Translations under genes and position numbers: made by a program | In this document: positions 34,334 to 46,126 of the stretch, one piece after another | Layout: every line of letters starts with the position of its first letter | How positions within the stretch are numbered: the first letter of the stretch is position 1 | From: Schizosaccharomyces osmophilus | Taxonomy: Eukaryota | Reading direction: 5' to 3' | NCBI RefSeq assembly: GCF_027921745.1 | Contig: NC_079240.1 | Coordinates: 1,674,001-1,738,000 of the forward strand | Length of the DNA: 64,000 nt | Notes under the pieces: model-generated | What the model was told of the DNA's origin: nothing | Seen by the model: only the letters and a program-made list of their open reading frames with translations | The model's database searches: none

Positions 34334-37300
34334 ATGTCTAATACCCCAGAAAGCATGGTGAAGTGCGATTCATCTCATCAAGTGATTGAGGATATTGTGT
34401 ATTCTCTTTCAAACCATATCTTCTCATACGCCGAGCACGTTCCTTTGAACCACTACTTAACCCATTGGAATAAGAATGGTCGTCAAAACGGGTTTTCAAA
34501 CAATGTAGAATTGTTTAATTTGGAAGCTCGTTCTGGCGCCCCCGGATTATTGCTGGGATCTTATACAGCTGCCATTTCCTCACCCGGCGTGTATTCTATG
34601 ATTACTCCCTCCAGTTGCCTCTCTTTAATGAATCCTTTGATCTCAAACATTGGACTTTTCTACGGCACTAGCAAACCTCTTGTTTTGCACGTTGCTGCTT
34701 TGGATTATGTTGACCAAGCGTACCGTACCGACAACAACAGTGTACTCGACTTTGCCTACTTGAACAACTTTACCGTGTTCACTTCCCAGTCGAATGTGGA
34801 AGCTGCTCATATGGCTCTTGCTAGCACAATTGCGGCCAAGACAAGTCCCACTGTCCATGTTTATGAGCCCGACGCAATTGCTACAGCTTTGGCCCCTGGC
34901 CTTCCTAATCTCGATGTTGGGGCTGTTGTTGATTGCTTCAACTCATTTTCCACCAATGAAGATCCTGTTCAGAATGCCGCCAACGCTTTGACTCATATCA
35001 ACGACCATTTTTCCACTAATTACAAGCCAGTCGAATATGAAGGTTCTTCATCTGCTTCCAAGGTCTTTGTTACTTTTGGAAAGACAGAAACTATGGCTGC
35101 TCGTAATTTACTTGCTGCCAATCAGGATTTAGGATTGCTTTCTATTCGTACCTTCCCCTTTTCGGTTGAGGATTTGCATCGCAGCCTTCCTATTACTTGC
35201 AAGAGAGTTGTCGTCATTTCCCAAGTCCGCTCGACTGCCGTTAGCTCTCCTTCTTTTTACTATTCTTCTATTCTCGCAAGCTTGTTGGACACTGAAAGTC
35301 TTCAGTTTTCTGTGGAAGAGCACCGTTATGCTGTCAAAGAATCATTAACTACTGAGTCTCTTTACGACGCTCTTTCCGACCATTTGAGTCTCAATTACGC
35401 TGTTTCCACGGCTTCCAAGGTAGAAAAGACTGTAAATTTCTGGGAACTCGACACTTCTGAATATTACGTTCCTCACTTGGTGTCTACTCACAGAACCGAC
35501 CAATCAAGGTCTGTCGCTTTTCGTACCTTGTACGACAATTTGGTGCTTGCAGGTGTTCGATTTACCACCGTTCAGCTTTCAACTCAAAACGCTTTTCTTA
35601 CTGATATCACCCATGGTTTGAATGCAGATATTTCTGTGGTGGTGAACGATAAGATACCATCCTATTATAAAGTTCTAGCCAATGCTGCTGAGCACTCTGT
35701 TTGTTTGCTCCAGACTACCATCTCTCATGAGGAGGCTGCCTCTAAACTTCCTTATGAGTTTTTGACTGATATTTTGAATAAAGATATCAAGTTGATTCTC
35801 GTTAATCCCAAGAAATTTGTTATCAATGGTTCTAATCTACCAATTTTGAGTGCCTATATCCAGCTATTCAAACCCGGATTAGGTTCTGAGGAAGCCTTTA
35901 GTATCCTTTGCAAGGAGAAGGGATTCAATGAAACTATTCGCAATAGTGCCCTTGATTCTTTGAAGGAGGCTTTGGCTTTTGTTAATGTGGAGAAAGCAGC
36001 AATTGAAGCACGCGAACCCAGCGACAAGCAATTGCCCACACGTGCCGTTGAAACATCTTTTGGTCCTAACCCTATCAAATCTCTTGAGGAAGATGTTGCA
36101 CCACGAACCACCAGTTGGGAGACTCTTGCTCAACAAATGATGTTCCCGGAAGCTTACAATAAGCAAGATGCTTTACGTCCTGATGTTTCGGAACGCGCAT
36201 ACACTGTACGAGTGAAGTCCAATAAGCGTCTTACGCCTTCTACATATAGCCGTAACATTTTCCATATCGAGTTTGACCTTGGCAATTCGGGGCTGACTTA
36301 TGACATTGGAGAAGCTCTTGGTGTATACGGTGTGAATAACAAAGCACACGTTGTCGATTTTATTAATGAGTACGGCTTAAATGCCAATGAACTCATTCAG
36401 GTGCCTTCTATCTTCTACAAGGGTCACTGGGAAACCCGCACTGTTTACCAAGCCTTATCTCAAAACCTTGACATTTTTGGAAAACCAACGAAGAAGTTTT
36501 ACGAACAATTGGCTCATTATGAAACCGATGAAAAAGAACGCTCGGATCTCGATACTTTAGTCAGTCCTGTTGGTGCTCCCGATTTTAAGCGCCGTGCTGA
36601 AGTTGACATGCTTACGTATGCCGATGTTTTGAAGGAATACAAACATGCAAAATTGAATGCATCTGATTTGGCAGTTATCGTTCCTTCTATCAAGCGCCGT
36701 GAATATTCAATTTCTTCTTCCCAAAGGAAGCACAAGGACAGCGTTCATTTGCTAATTGTCGTTGTTGACTGGAAGGATGGTATGGGACGTGACCGTTACG
36801 GACAATGCTCTCATTATTTGTCAAGTTTGCGAGTTGGTGATCCTGTTACAGTTGCAGTGAAAACGTCTGTCATGAAGCTGCCTAAATCTCCAGAGAAGCC
36901 CATCGTAATGGCTGGACTTGGTACAGGATTGGCACCTTTCCGAGCATTTTTGCAGTTCAAGGAATGGCAACGACTCCAAGGCATTCCCTCTGGAGACGTC
37001 GTGCTTTACTTGGGTTCACGTACCCAGCGTGAAGAATACTTGTATGGTGAAGACTGGGAAGCGTATCACGCTGCCAATTTATTAACATTTGTCGGACAAG
37101 CTTTCAGTCGTGATCAACCGTACAAGATTTATATCCAAGACGTTATGCGATCTTCCAAGGAACTGCTGAAGAAGACTTTGGTAGATGAAGGAGGTTCATT
37201 CTATTTGTGTGGTCCTACATGGCCATTGCCCGAAATCACCAGTGTATTAGAAGAGGTGATTCAAAGTGCTCATTCCGAGCCTGTTAACGCTCGTAATATC

Positions 37301-37348
37301 ATTGAGCAATGGAAGGAGGAACGCCGCTTCGTAATTGAAGTTTATTAA
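34334..37348 (+). CDS. met10: Sulfite reductase NADPH flavoprotein (alpha) subunit, 1004 aa
   Basis: RREYSISS FAD motif, MAGLGTGLAPFR, AFSRDQ..KIYIQD, FYLCGP and a terminal EVY. Confidence 0.95.
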   Translation: MSNTPESMVKCDSSHQVIEDIVYSLSNHIFSYAEHVPLNHYLTHWNKNGRQNGFSNNVELFNLEARSGAPGLLLGSYTAAISSPGVYSMITPSSCLSLMNPLISNIGLFYGTSKPLVLHVAALDYVDQAYRTDNNSVLDFAYLNNFTVFTSQSNVEAAHMALASTIAAKTSPTVHVYEPDAIATALAPGLPNLDVGAVVDCFNSFSTNEDPVQNAANALTHINDHFSTNYKPVEYEGSSSASKVFVTFGKTETMAARNLLAANQDLGLLSIRTFPFSVEDLHRSLPITCKRVVVISQVRSTAVSSPSFYYSSILASLLDTESLQFSVEEHRYAVKESLTTESLYDALSDHLSLNYAVSTASKVEKTVNFWELDTSEYYVPHLVSTHRTDQSRSVAFRTLYDNLVLAGVRFTTVQLSTQNAFLTDITHGLNADISVVVNDKIPSYYKVLANAAEHSVCLLQTTISHEEAASKLPYEFLTDILNKDIKLILVNPKKFVINGSNLPILSAYIQLFKPGLGSEEAFSILCKEKGFNETIRNSALDSLKEALAFVNVEKAAIEAREPSDKQLPTRAVETSFGPNPIKSLEEDVAPRTTSWETLAQQMMFPEAYNKQDALRPDVSERAYTVRVKSNKRLTPSTYSRNIFHIEFDLGNSGLTYDIGEALGVYGVNNKAHVVDFINEYGLNANELIQVPSIFYKGHWETRTVYQALSQNLDIFGKPTKKFYEQLAHYETDEKERSDLDTLVSPVGAPDFKRRAEVDMLTYADVLKEYKHAKLNASDLAVIVPSIKRREYSISSSQRKHKDSVHLLIVVVDWKDGMGRDRYGQCSHYLSSLRVGDPVTVAVKTSVMKLPKSPEKPIVMAGLGTGLAPFRAFLQFKEWQRLQGIPSGDVVLYLGSRTQREEYLYGEDWEAYHAANLLTFVGQAFSRDQPYKIYIQDVMRSSKELLKKTLVDEGGSFYLCGPTWPLPEITSVLEEVIQSAHSEPVNARNIIEQWKEERRFVIEVY

Positions 37349-38572
37349 AAGAAAACAACTTTAGAATGTAAATATATAATAGGTTTGTCACTTTCTCATA
37401 ACTTTTTTGTGTTTTTGTTTTTTGTTATTTTACTAAATGGCAACCCCCGTCAAAAAGGAGTATTGAAATGGTCAGTAACAATTTCTGCATCTAAAGTCAA
37501 CGAATGAATCAATGAACGAACAAATGGAATGAAACTATTGTTGATGAAAACAACTTTATCAAGCTTAAAAAGATAGAGAAGGGTAAAAACACATACTTTT
37601 ACACACGATCCCCCACACTTAAGCTATAAACAAAGTCGGTACCATGAAACGTCAACGGGAAAAACTCCCGAAAATAAAACAGGGTCTCATTGTATTATAA
37701 AGGTGATAAAACTTTAAGTTGTTTTTTTAAAAAACAATTATGTGAAAGAAAAGAAATCGCTTACTATATAAACCGGCATGACTGTAAATGTTACGCGCTG
37801 ATTTAATAAGCTGCTTACAGATCTTTGCGTTCTAGCTTATCTGATCATCTCGCAGTTCTATACTTCGCTATACCTTACTTTAGTGGATCGCGGAATTTGG
37901 AAAACGATGGGACCGACAAGTCCGATTTCCGAGCTCCATTTAAACTAGAATGTGATTTTCTTTTCTTCTTCTCTTCTTTCCTATTTACTTCAATTGTTTC
38001 TCGAGAGAGTTCGGATCTCCATTACTTTCGATCCTTCTTTTCCATCCTCGGACTTGAGTGGATCCGCTGTTGATACTACGCTAAGGAAAGAGAATAAAAG
38101 GGACTTGAAACTCCCTTAAGTGTCCCATCCTGAAAATTTTATAATAGTAACTTTCCATTAGCAGAAAAGAGTTTATCATTTAAATTTCGCAAACTCGTAC
38201 TAAAGCTGTCTTTCGATTCTTCATTTGTGCTTTTGCTTTTGTTTATATCATACCATATTTTTTCCCTTCTGATTAAACTATATTGATAATACTCTTATGT
38301 GAACAAATATCCACTGGTTTCGCATATAGTAGAATTGTTGCTGATCCGTCTTTGTTCCGTATATTCAGTTTTTTTTGAGATTTCTTTAGAATTGTGCTGA
38401 AGACAGTGTGCATTGACGACGAAATTGACAAGCGATTACCAGTCGATTGTCATTTTTCAAAAAAGGTTTATTTATTTATTTGTTTGTTGGACGTCTATCA
38501 TTCTTTGATACAATCATTAGATTGTAAAAGGAATTGAGGATAAAATTGTTCCTAGCAAGTGGGTCTCTAAAG

Positions 38573-39241
38573 ATGCAAGTTCGTTCACCCAAACATATCT
38601 CTCCGGTGGCCACCGTTGACTTGAAAAAGAAGCCACCGGCTTTACCTACCTTTTGGATTGCTTTTCCAGCAACTCGGCCGATAGGCTTTATACGACCTCG
38701 CATCAATCGTCGGATTACCCAAGTCAAACAACGAGCCGAAACAGAAGAGGCAATATTTAATTTGTACCAACGATGGAATCCTTTCTCGTTTTCCTATCGT
38801 CTCATCCTTACAGATGCCATTAGGGATGACAAGAAAATTCTAGCTTGGTTCTTTACAAAAAGATTTGGATCTCCAAAGGTTATAATGAAACACACGACAA
38901 GCCATGATGACGGCTATATGAATTGGGCAATCAAATTCGCTGAAAAAAGTGTGATATTTGATGACATGACTTCCAAAGAACCGAGACAAGTAGTTTGGAA
39001 ATTACAAAATCAAAAGGCAAAGCATGAAAATACTTGGAAAGCAGATTTGGTCTTACCATCGCGAAAGCAAAGAATGTCCGTGGGTTCTTTAAATGGTTTC
39101 GAAATTAAATTTCATGCTCAGGTTTTCGAATATACAACTCGCTTAATGAAATTTCGTCATCTCGAAGTCGCCATTTTTAGCATGGCTCTCTATGTGAAAA
39201 TATACGATTTAAAACTACTTCATGCTTGTCTCCTACCCTGA
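38573..39241 (+). CDS. Uncharacterised basic protein, 222 aa (probable SPCC584.16c ortholog)
   Basis: Long open frame from ATG 38573 in an otherwise ORF-poor region; syntenic slot between met10 and aly3. No motif recognised. Confidence 0.7.
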   Translation: MQVRSPKHISPVATVDLKKKPPALPTFWIAFPATRPIGFIRPRINRRITQVKQRAETEEAIFNLYQRWNPFSFSYRLILTDAIRDDKKILAWFFTKRFGSPKVIMKHTTSHDDGYMNWAIKFAEKSVIFDDMTSKEPRQVVWKLQNQKAKHENTWKADLVLPSRKQRMSVGSLNGFEIKFHAQVFEYTTRLMKFRHLEVAIFSMALYVKIYDLKLLHACLLP

Positions 39242-39770
39242 GCGTTTCATTCTATGGTTTAAACCCGCCCTTCCTCTTGTCATGACATCCGCACTAATGA
39301 AGGATCTCTCTTTCACTTTCAATATGTAGAAAGTATTCCCTTGCTTATATGTCTGTTCCATTGTTTGCCGTTCCCTCTTATTTCTTTTGTATCAATAATT
39401 ATGGTGTTTTCTGAAAGTAGTGCCTTCTTTCTGGCTTGGTTTCAAATGATCTTGTCAATGAAAAAAAAAACTCTTCATAGAACTAGAATGAAAGATTTCT
39501 TGTGGGGTTGATTGGGTATCTCTGTCTCTTGTTTTTCATTGTATTTTTATTCTCTGTTTACTCATTTTCATCTGATACGCATCAAATATCTTTGCTCATG
39601 TGCGGTATCGCCCTTACCAAACTACAATGTAGATTGTCTTAATGACGGGTTCTCTTTGTGCCAATTGTTTACAACAAGAACCGCTACTGACGGAAAACGA
39701 CTAAAGATTACCTTGAAACAGATTCATATAGTTGATTTCTGCCTCTGGTATAAGCCAGATAATATTATGA

Positions 39771-41987
39771 ATGAATACGAATAGTCTAAGTAATCGTCAT
39801 AAGAGTCCTGTAAAACTATTTGAAGTCCGGTAAGTAAACCTTCCAATTCTAGGAAAACTTAAGGTTTTAAAAGAAAGTAATGATACCTAAGGAATTCCCT
39901 CTGGTCTTTTGGAAACCAAAAACGTGCAATGTTAGGATCCAATTGACATATCGCGGATAAGTCGGAAATTTGAGCTAGCATTTGACGGTGATTTTTCTTG
40001 CTTTAGTATAGAAGCTATCTTCTTTTACTTTTGAAAATAATTTTCATTTTCAAGCATTGGGTTCGTATGAGTAAGGACTATCAATGCTTGCTCACAACGA
40101 AGTTGACTTAATTGGTCACGGCTTTCCCTTGAAACTGTCTATTTGGTTCCTACTACGTAGCTTTCTTTCCCCCAACTCTTTCTATTTTAATGGATCGATT
40201 ACTGACATCTTCTTTAGGCTTTACAATGCTGAAGCGAATGTAATCGTACTGTACGGCGATTCACTTGACTCGGCTGCTAGGATCTCAGGTGTCGTAGTTC
40301 TTTCCATCGCTCAGCCCATTCGGATACGAAATATAAAACTTCGCCTTGCTGGTAGATCTTTTGTTTGGTAAGTCCTGTTTGTGCTTTATACGTCAAGGCA
40401 GCCTGCTCACCATTTTTTAGCTGGTCCGACGAATCCAAGAGTAGTTCAAATGGAGGCAATAAAATCCGACGTCAAGTGAATCAGATTCTGGATAGACAAT
40501 GGTCATTTCTGTCGGGAGATGGCAACAAGACAATTCAAGACGGTAATTACGAATATCCGTTTGATTACCAACTTCCACCAGATATTCCTGAGTCTATTGA
40601 AAGAGTCCCAGGATGTCATATTATATATACTCTGACAGCCTGCTTAGAAAGAGCAACAATCCCTTCTACTAATTTGGAGTCTGCGCTGCAATTTCGTGTC
40701 GTCCGAACCATCCCTCCTAATAGTCTCGATCTCATGCACTCTGTAAGTGTTAGCGATATATGGCCGTCTAAAGTCAATTATGAAACGAGCATTCCTTCAA
40801 AGATATATGCAATTGGCTCTGAAATTCCAATTAATTTTAAATTGTATCCTCTTTTAAAAGGACTCGATATCGGGAAGGTGACAATTGTCTTAAAGGAATA
40901 CTGTTCTCTGTTTATAAATTCCAAAACATTTTCTTCTACTAGCCGGAAAGACTTCAAACGTGTTTTAGCTAAAAAGACTGTACCCGGCCTTGCAATGATT
41001 GACGACTGTTGGCAAGATCAAATTAAAATTCCAATTCCTGAATCTTTGGGTGACTGTACACAAGATTGTGATTTGAATTGTATACGCGTTCATCATAAAC
41101 TTCGTCTTTCCATCTCTCTATTAAATCCTGATGGTCATATATCTGAACTTCGCAACTCTTTACCCTTATCTTTAGTAATTTCACCGGTTATGTTCGGTGC
41201 TAGAAGGTCTGAGGGTCTTTTTACAGGAGATCATGCGTCTTATGTAAACGAAAATGTCTTGCCTAGTTACGATCGCCATATTTTTGATGTTCTTTGGGAT
41301 GCCGTTCCTCCCGAAAGCGCTCCCGTGCTTAGTGAGTTTACTACACCTAACACTAGTCGGCGAAATTCTTCGGATTATGGACCGGCTAGTCCCGTTCTTA
41401 GTATCAACACGAACACAAAGTCGTTTTCAAACACCCAGTCCGTATCTTCTCCTTCTTTAGGATCTCAACCGAGCTTTTATATCGAAAACTCAACTCAATC
41501 TCCCTCTGATAGAACTGAATTTCTATCACCTATAACATCTCCAATGGCGCCATTTTCCGGTGCCTGTCGTAGAGCTGCTCGTTCTAGAGCCAATAGTACC
41601 TCTTCATCGTTTGGTGGTTCTCAAATACAAGGCTTACAGCCTGAGAATTCTTTCTTGGGTTCAACATCTCCTAACCGCACGCTACCTGTGCGTAGTGTGT
41701 CTACCCTAAGTTTACAAGAGTTAGGTAAATTACCTCCTTACTATGAAGCACATTCAGCTTTCTCAAATGTACTCCCTCTTGACGGACTTCCTCATTATGA
41801 ACAGGCTACAAAGCCGTTAAGTCCGACCCCTTCTCTTCATGGCAGTCAAGCTTCGACTATCATTGCAACACCTACACCTACTGTGCGTGTCTCACCAATA
41901 GAAACTCCTACTCGAAGTCCACCTCGTCCGGTTACAGTAATAAAAAGTAAGTCCTCTGGCAATTTGACACACCACGGGCTTCACTGA
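39771..41987 (+). CDS. aly3: Arrestin-related trafficking adaptor; exons 39771-39829, 40218-40367, 40421-41987; 591 aa
   Basis: Arrestin N/C domain blocks (GNYEYPF..LP..IPESIE, IWPSKVNY, VHHKL..ISL.NPDGH.SELR) and PY-like motifs LPSY, PPYY, LPHY. The splice model gives KLFEVR|LYNAEANV. Gene name recalled from SPCC584.15c synteny. Confidence 0.85.
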
Positions 41988-42463
41988 TGTTCTTTCCTAG
42001 ACCGTTGTTTGTTTATTCATTCTCTAGCTTATAGAGTATGGCCCCTTTTTGCCATATTCGTTGTGAGATATAAAAAATAGTTACCACGTATTTTGAAAGT
42101 TACTTTTGAGTGCAAAGTTTCTTTTGTATTTTTGTTATAATTGAACATAATGATCATTTACGTGCTTTATATATACCAACAAATGAATAAGGACTCTTGA
42201 GTTCAAAATTAGGGACATATGACTATCCCTCTAAATATAAGAAAACGAGAATAACTACGGTTAAAAGAACAAATCTTTTGGCATCTATTTATGTTTGATA
42301 TATCTAATGACTGCATTTATAAAATACATTACAAAGATCATTAATCTTTATACTTAATTAAATCTCAAAAATGTAAGGTTCCTATCTGTAAATAACAAAA
42401 CCCGCCCATGTGTAACGAATGTGTAAGCAAGACCAGTTTATGGCGATTTACCTGTTAGAGTTA

Positions 42464-43753
42464 TTAAAGACGATTTTTAGGTACTAGTTTCACTTTCCCA
42501 TTATCGTCGATTTGAGAATCATAGCCGGCTTCTTCCAAAACCTCAGATTTGCTAATACCTACAGGGTTCAAGTTGGCAATGAATGCTTGATTATCGGGAT
42601 TGTTTTGCAATAGATGACGGATACAAAGGACAGTAACTTCACGGAGGTATGGATTGAAATCATCAATGTTACATTGAGACAGTATAACTGACAAACCACC
42701 GTCTGTGTTTCGAACATCGTCCTGTGTAGCCGGATATAAATGCGCGGCAAAGGTGATGAAATGAACGCATTCCCGTTTAACACCTCCTACAGCTTCACAA
42801 AAATCATAGAAACTTCCAGGAGGAATAGGAATTTTCTGAACTAAAGTCTTGCGTGGAATACACTGATTAAGGACACCAAGTAAAAGCAGTACTTCATTCG
42901 TGGCCAACGAAGAATCATGGTAGTACCGTTGAAATTCATGAGCAATATCTATTTTTTGGTTTGAGTCATTATGTATCAGAGTAAGTTTTTCATATCGTGT
43001 GTAAAGAAGACTAATAACCAATTTGAAGCTCTCGGATAAGTAAGTGACGACGGTCAAGTCAGCTTCTGAGATATTAGATTTGTCCATGGAAGAAACACGT
43101 TGATGAAGCCGTTTAGCAATTAAGCGGGTGATTAGGTAAAGAGTGGGAAACAAAGATAAATCCACAGCAACAAACGGTTCACGGCTCATGGCATCGACAG
43201 CAAAATAGATGGATCGAAATCCCAATAGAACTGCACGTTTAATAAGGATTTCTGCATAACCGTTACTCAAGATATGGCTGATGATACGAAAAAGAATGCT
43301 TTCTCTCTGCCAATCTGGATGACGATCCTGATCAACTAAGATATCGAGTAAGTACAGGCCAGCAGGAGAGGTACACAGCTGACTTAATCTCTTATTATTA
43401 TTTAGTATTAGGGACCAAATCGAAATTTCAAATGCAGCCAATTGAGCACTCGTAACTGGGAGAGGTAGTATAGGAGGAAATTTGGTAAGGAAAGCCCACG
43501 CCTCATCCTGTAAAGGCGAGTCACCAGCTACAGAGTTTGCAAGGATTTGCCAAGGAAGAGAAGTGTATGGTTTTTGGGAAACTGAAGCTGCAAGCTGCTC
43601 AGGAAGGAATTGTGTGAACAAACCTGCCTCCCCGGCAGCTTGTTGTACATCTTTGCCTGAAGCCAAGCGATTTCTTATTGTTCTTAAATAGTTTTCTGAA
43701 TCTTCATTGCAATGATGAAAAAGGATGGCATAGTCCAATTGTTGATTATCCAT
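42464..43753 (-). CDS. mug160: Ataxin-10/Ctr86-like ARM-repeat protein, 429 aa
   Basis: C-terminal ataxin-10 domain QDDVR..GGL.VILSQCNIDDFNPYLRE...CIR.LL.NN.DNQ.FI. Confidence 0.88.
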   Translation of the reverse strand: MDNQQLDYAILFHHCNEDSENYLRTIRNRLASGKDVQQAAGEAGLFTQFLPEQLAASVSQKPYTSLPWQILANSVAGDSPLQDEAWAFLTKFPPILPLPVTSAQLAAFEISIWSLILNNNKRLSQLCTSPAGLYLLDILVDQDRHPDWQRESILFRIISHILSNGYAEILIKRAVLLGFRSIYFAVDAMSREPFVAVDLSLFPTLYLITRLIAKRLHQRVSSMDKSNISEADLTVVTYLSESFKLVISLLYTRYEKLTLIHNDSNQKIDIAHEFQRYYHDSSLATNEVLLLLGVLNQCIPRKTLVQKIPIPPGSFYDFCEAVGGVKRECVHFITFAAHLYPATQDDVRNTDGGLSVILSQCNIDDFNPYLREVTVLCIRHLLQNNPDNQAFIANLNPVGISKSEVLEEAGYDSQIDDNGKVKLVPKNRL

Positions 43754-44518
43754 GAAGGCATAGACAGGAAGTTTCTAAGAAGCAGAAACGTTAGCTCTCA
43801 AATAAATAAATTTTAATGTATTTGTTGCAGGTAATGTATAGGAGAACTCAACAATCCATGTGAAAAGAGCTTTTCATAGACGATATGAGTTTCTTCAATT
43901 TTCCAGTAAAAAAAGCATCGCAACCAATATCAATTCATTTTAGCGACTTACAACTTGCTTAGCCAAAATTTAGAAATCCTGTACACAGAACAAAAAGTTC
44001 ACGAGAAATAGGTTCTTTGTGGATATGTGAGTACGGTACCTTCTTGTCGCAGCAAGTGATGATGTTTGAAAATTCAGTATAACAAAGTGTTCTCTATTAT
44101 AATGTTGGATTGATGTGAACAAACTTATTTTGCAGGTTATTTATACTGTAATATGTTGACACAATGAAATTACAAAAGGTCATCATTTCAAATGATGAAG
44201 CGAATGAAATACATAACCAGAATACGACAGCAAGAAAAAAAGGCAAATGAAATGAATGCTATTAAAAATGAGAGGAGATAATACAGGTCTATTAAAATTT
44301 AGCAAGGTAGAAAGAAAAATACACATCAAAAATTATCATAACAACACTAGAGAGAAAGAACGGACGAAAAGAAAACGTAAATCAAAAGAGAAAGCACAAA
44401 ACATCATATAAAATTGAAGCGAAACATTGCAAATTAGGCATCGAATTTTTGGAAATATAAGAATATTAAATGTAGAGGGACATCAGGAATGTAGTTGAGT
44501 GCAAATGTAATAATTTTT

Positions 44519-46126
44519 CTACTTTTTCTTTGTAATGGAAACACTGGCTTCATCGTCGTCAGGCTTGGATACGCCCTCCAAAATAACATCTGAACTGACA
44601 GATGTATCTGGAACATATGTAAGACAAGGGCCAGTGAACCATTTGTGGGCGGATACAATCCACCAAACGATAATAGCAAACATAGGGCCTCCATATACAA
44701 CGCATGTCCAGTTCATACCTTGTGCATTTAAATTCTTTCCTTTGGTTTCTGGGAAACACAAGATGGGAAGCATAAGCAGGACGAACGCACAGGAGGCGTA
44801 ACCAATGGGCTTTGAAAAGCGACCCAAATGAAAAGGGCCTCTTTGAAAATCGAGATCAGAGACGCACGTGATTTTGATGAAAATAGGAATCGTAAAAGCA
44901 ACAAAGGCGGCAATAGCACCGACAGAAAAAATGGCACTGATGGCTACATCGCCAGCAAAAATTAAGAGTAGCAGTAGCATACCGGCAATAGTATTCATCC
45001 AGGTACATCGGTTGGGAGTCTTTGTGCGAACGTCGACATGAGCGAGGTAATCGGAAAAGGGGAAGACGCCATCTCTGGCATAAGAATAAGTAACACGAGA
45101 GGCAGCAACCATGCAACCTTGACCCATCATAAAACTACAAACGACCGTGAGGGCAGTCAAAGCGACAGTAGTTTTGTAGTCACAGACTTGTTGAAGATAG
45201 ACGACATAGGGTTGACCTAAACCGTCGTTCATAACTTGTGAAACATCGACAACGGTATATGCAATGATGAGGTTTAGAAGCCAGCCAACAACACCACCAA
45301 AAGCCGAGGTCATGACGATAGCTCTTGGAGCGGCAACGCTAGCATTGGAGCATTCCTCACTTAAATGAAAAGGAGAATCGTAACCAGACATTGTCCAGAT
45401 GACACCGGCAAAAGACATCAAAAGGGCTAACCCATCGCTCCAATCGGTTTGGTTTTCAAAGTTTGTCCATACTTTATGACTGCTATTGAAGGCATGGTTT
45501 TTGCCAGCGACGGCCAAAAGGGTAATCATGACAATGCCAAGGAAGACCATGTTGATGACTGTACCGCAAGTATTAAAATGGGCGATAACCTTTGTTGGAA
45601 GGCAGGAAACCAAAGTCATGACCATCATAGCAGAACATGCTAATAAAAACGTTTGGTAGTTTTGAGGGGTATAACTAGGATTTTTGATCTGAATAAGAGA
45701 AAGAACCATTCCCGAGAAGGAGTAAGCGACACTAGGAGCAGCTGTGACTTGAACGAAATAATTGGACCAGCCAGTAAGCCAAGCAGCCAAAGGGCCCCAG
45801 CGTCTAGGAGCCAACTTTGCGGCAGCGTAATACAAACCACCAGAAGTAGGCATGGAAGAACAAAGCTCTGCCATACCATAAGCGACGCATTGAACGAAAA
45901 CCATTGCAATGAGCCAGCCCCATACCATGGCAGGAGTGCCGGCGTAGCCTGCTGTGTAATACATGGTAGAAGCGAAAGAGGGCAGCAAACCAAGAACGGA
46001 AAAGGAAACGCAAAACGAACTTAATGAAGAGAATTCACGCTTAAATTCCTGTTTATAACCCAAGGCAGCCAGCTCTGCAGCATCTGGATTAAGACCCTCT
46101 AAATCATTTTTGTCGCTATGAGACAT
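44519..46126 (-). CDS. APC-family amino-acid/polyamine permease (Uga4/Tpo5-like; probable SPCC584.13 ortholog), 535 aa
   Basis: LGYKQEFKREFS, AELCSSMPTSGGLY, GYDSPFHLSEE, SR..YSYARDG; about 12 TM segments. Confidence 0.93.
   Translation of the reverse strand: MSHSDKNDLEGLNPDAAELAALGYKQEFKREFSSLSSFCVSFSVLGLLPSFASTMYYTAGYAGTPAMVWGWLIAMVFVQCVAYGMAELCSSMPTSGGLYYAAAKLAPRRWGPLAAWLTGWSNYFVQVTAAPSVAYSFSGMVLSLIQIKNPSYTPQNYQTFLLACSAMMVMTLVSCLPTKVIAHFNTCGTVINMVFLGIVMITLLAVAGKNHAFNSSHKVWTNFENQTDWSDGLALLMSFAGVIWTMSGYDSPFHLSEECSNASVAAPRAIVMTSAFGGVVGWLLNLIIAYTVVDVSQVMNDGLGQPYVVYLQQVCDYKTTVALTALTVVCSFMMGQGCMVAASRVTYSYARDGVFPFSDYLAHVDVRTKTPNRCTWMNTIAGMLLLLLIFAGDVAISAIFSVGAIAAFVAFTIPIFIKITCVSDLDFQRGPFHLGRFSKPIGYASCAFVLLMLPILCFPETKGKNLNAQGMNWTCVVYGGPMFAIIVWWIVSAHKWFTGPCLTYVPDTSVSSDVILEGVSKPDDDEASVSITKKK

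Noticed and set aside
37880..37950. Imperfect stem-loop and short uORF upstream of the 38573 gene
   Set aside because: The stem is short and mismatched, within chance expectation, with no independent support.
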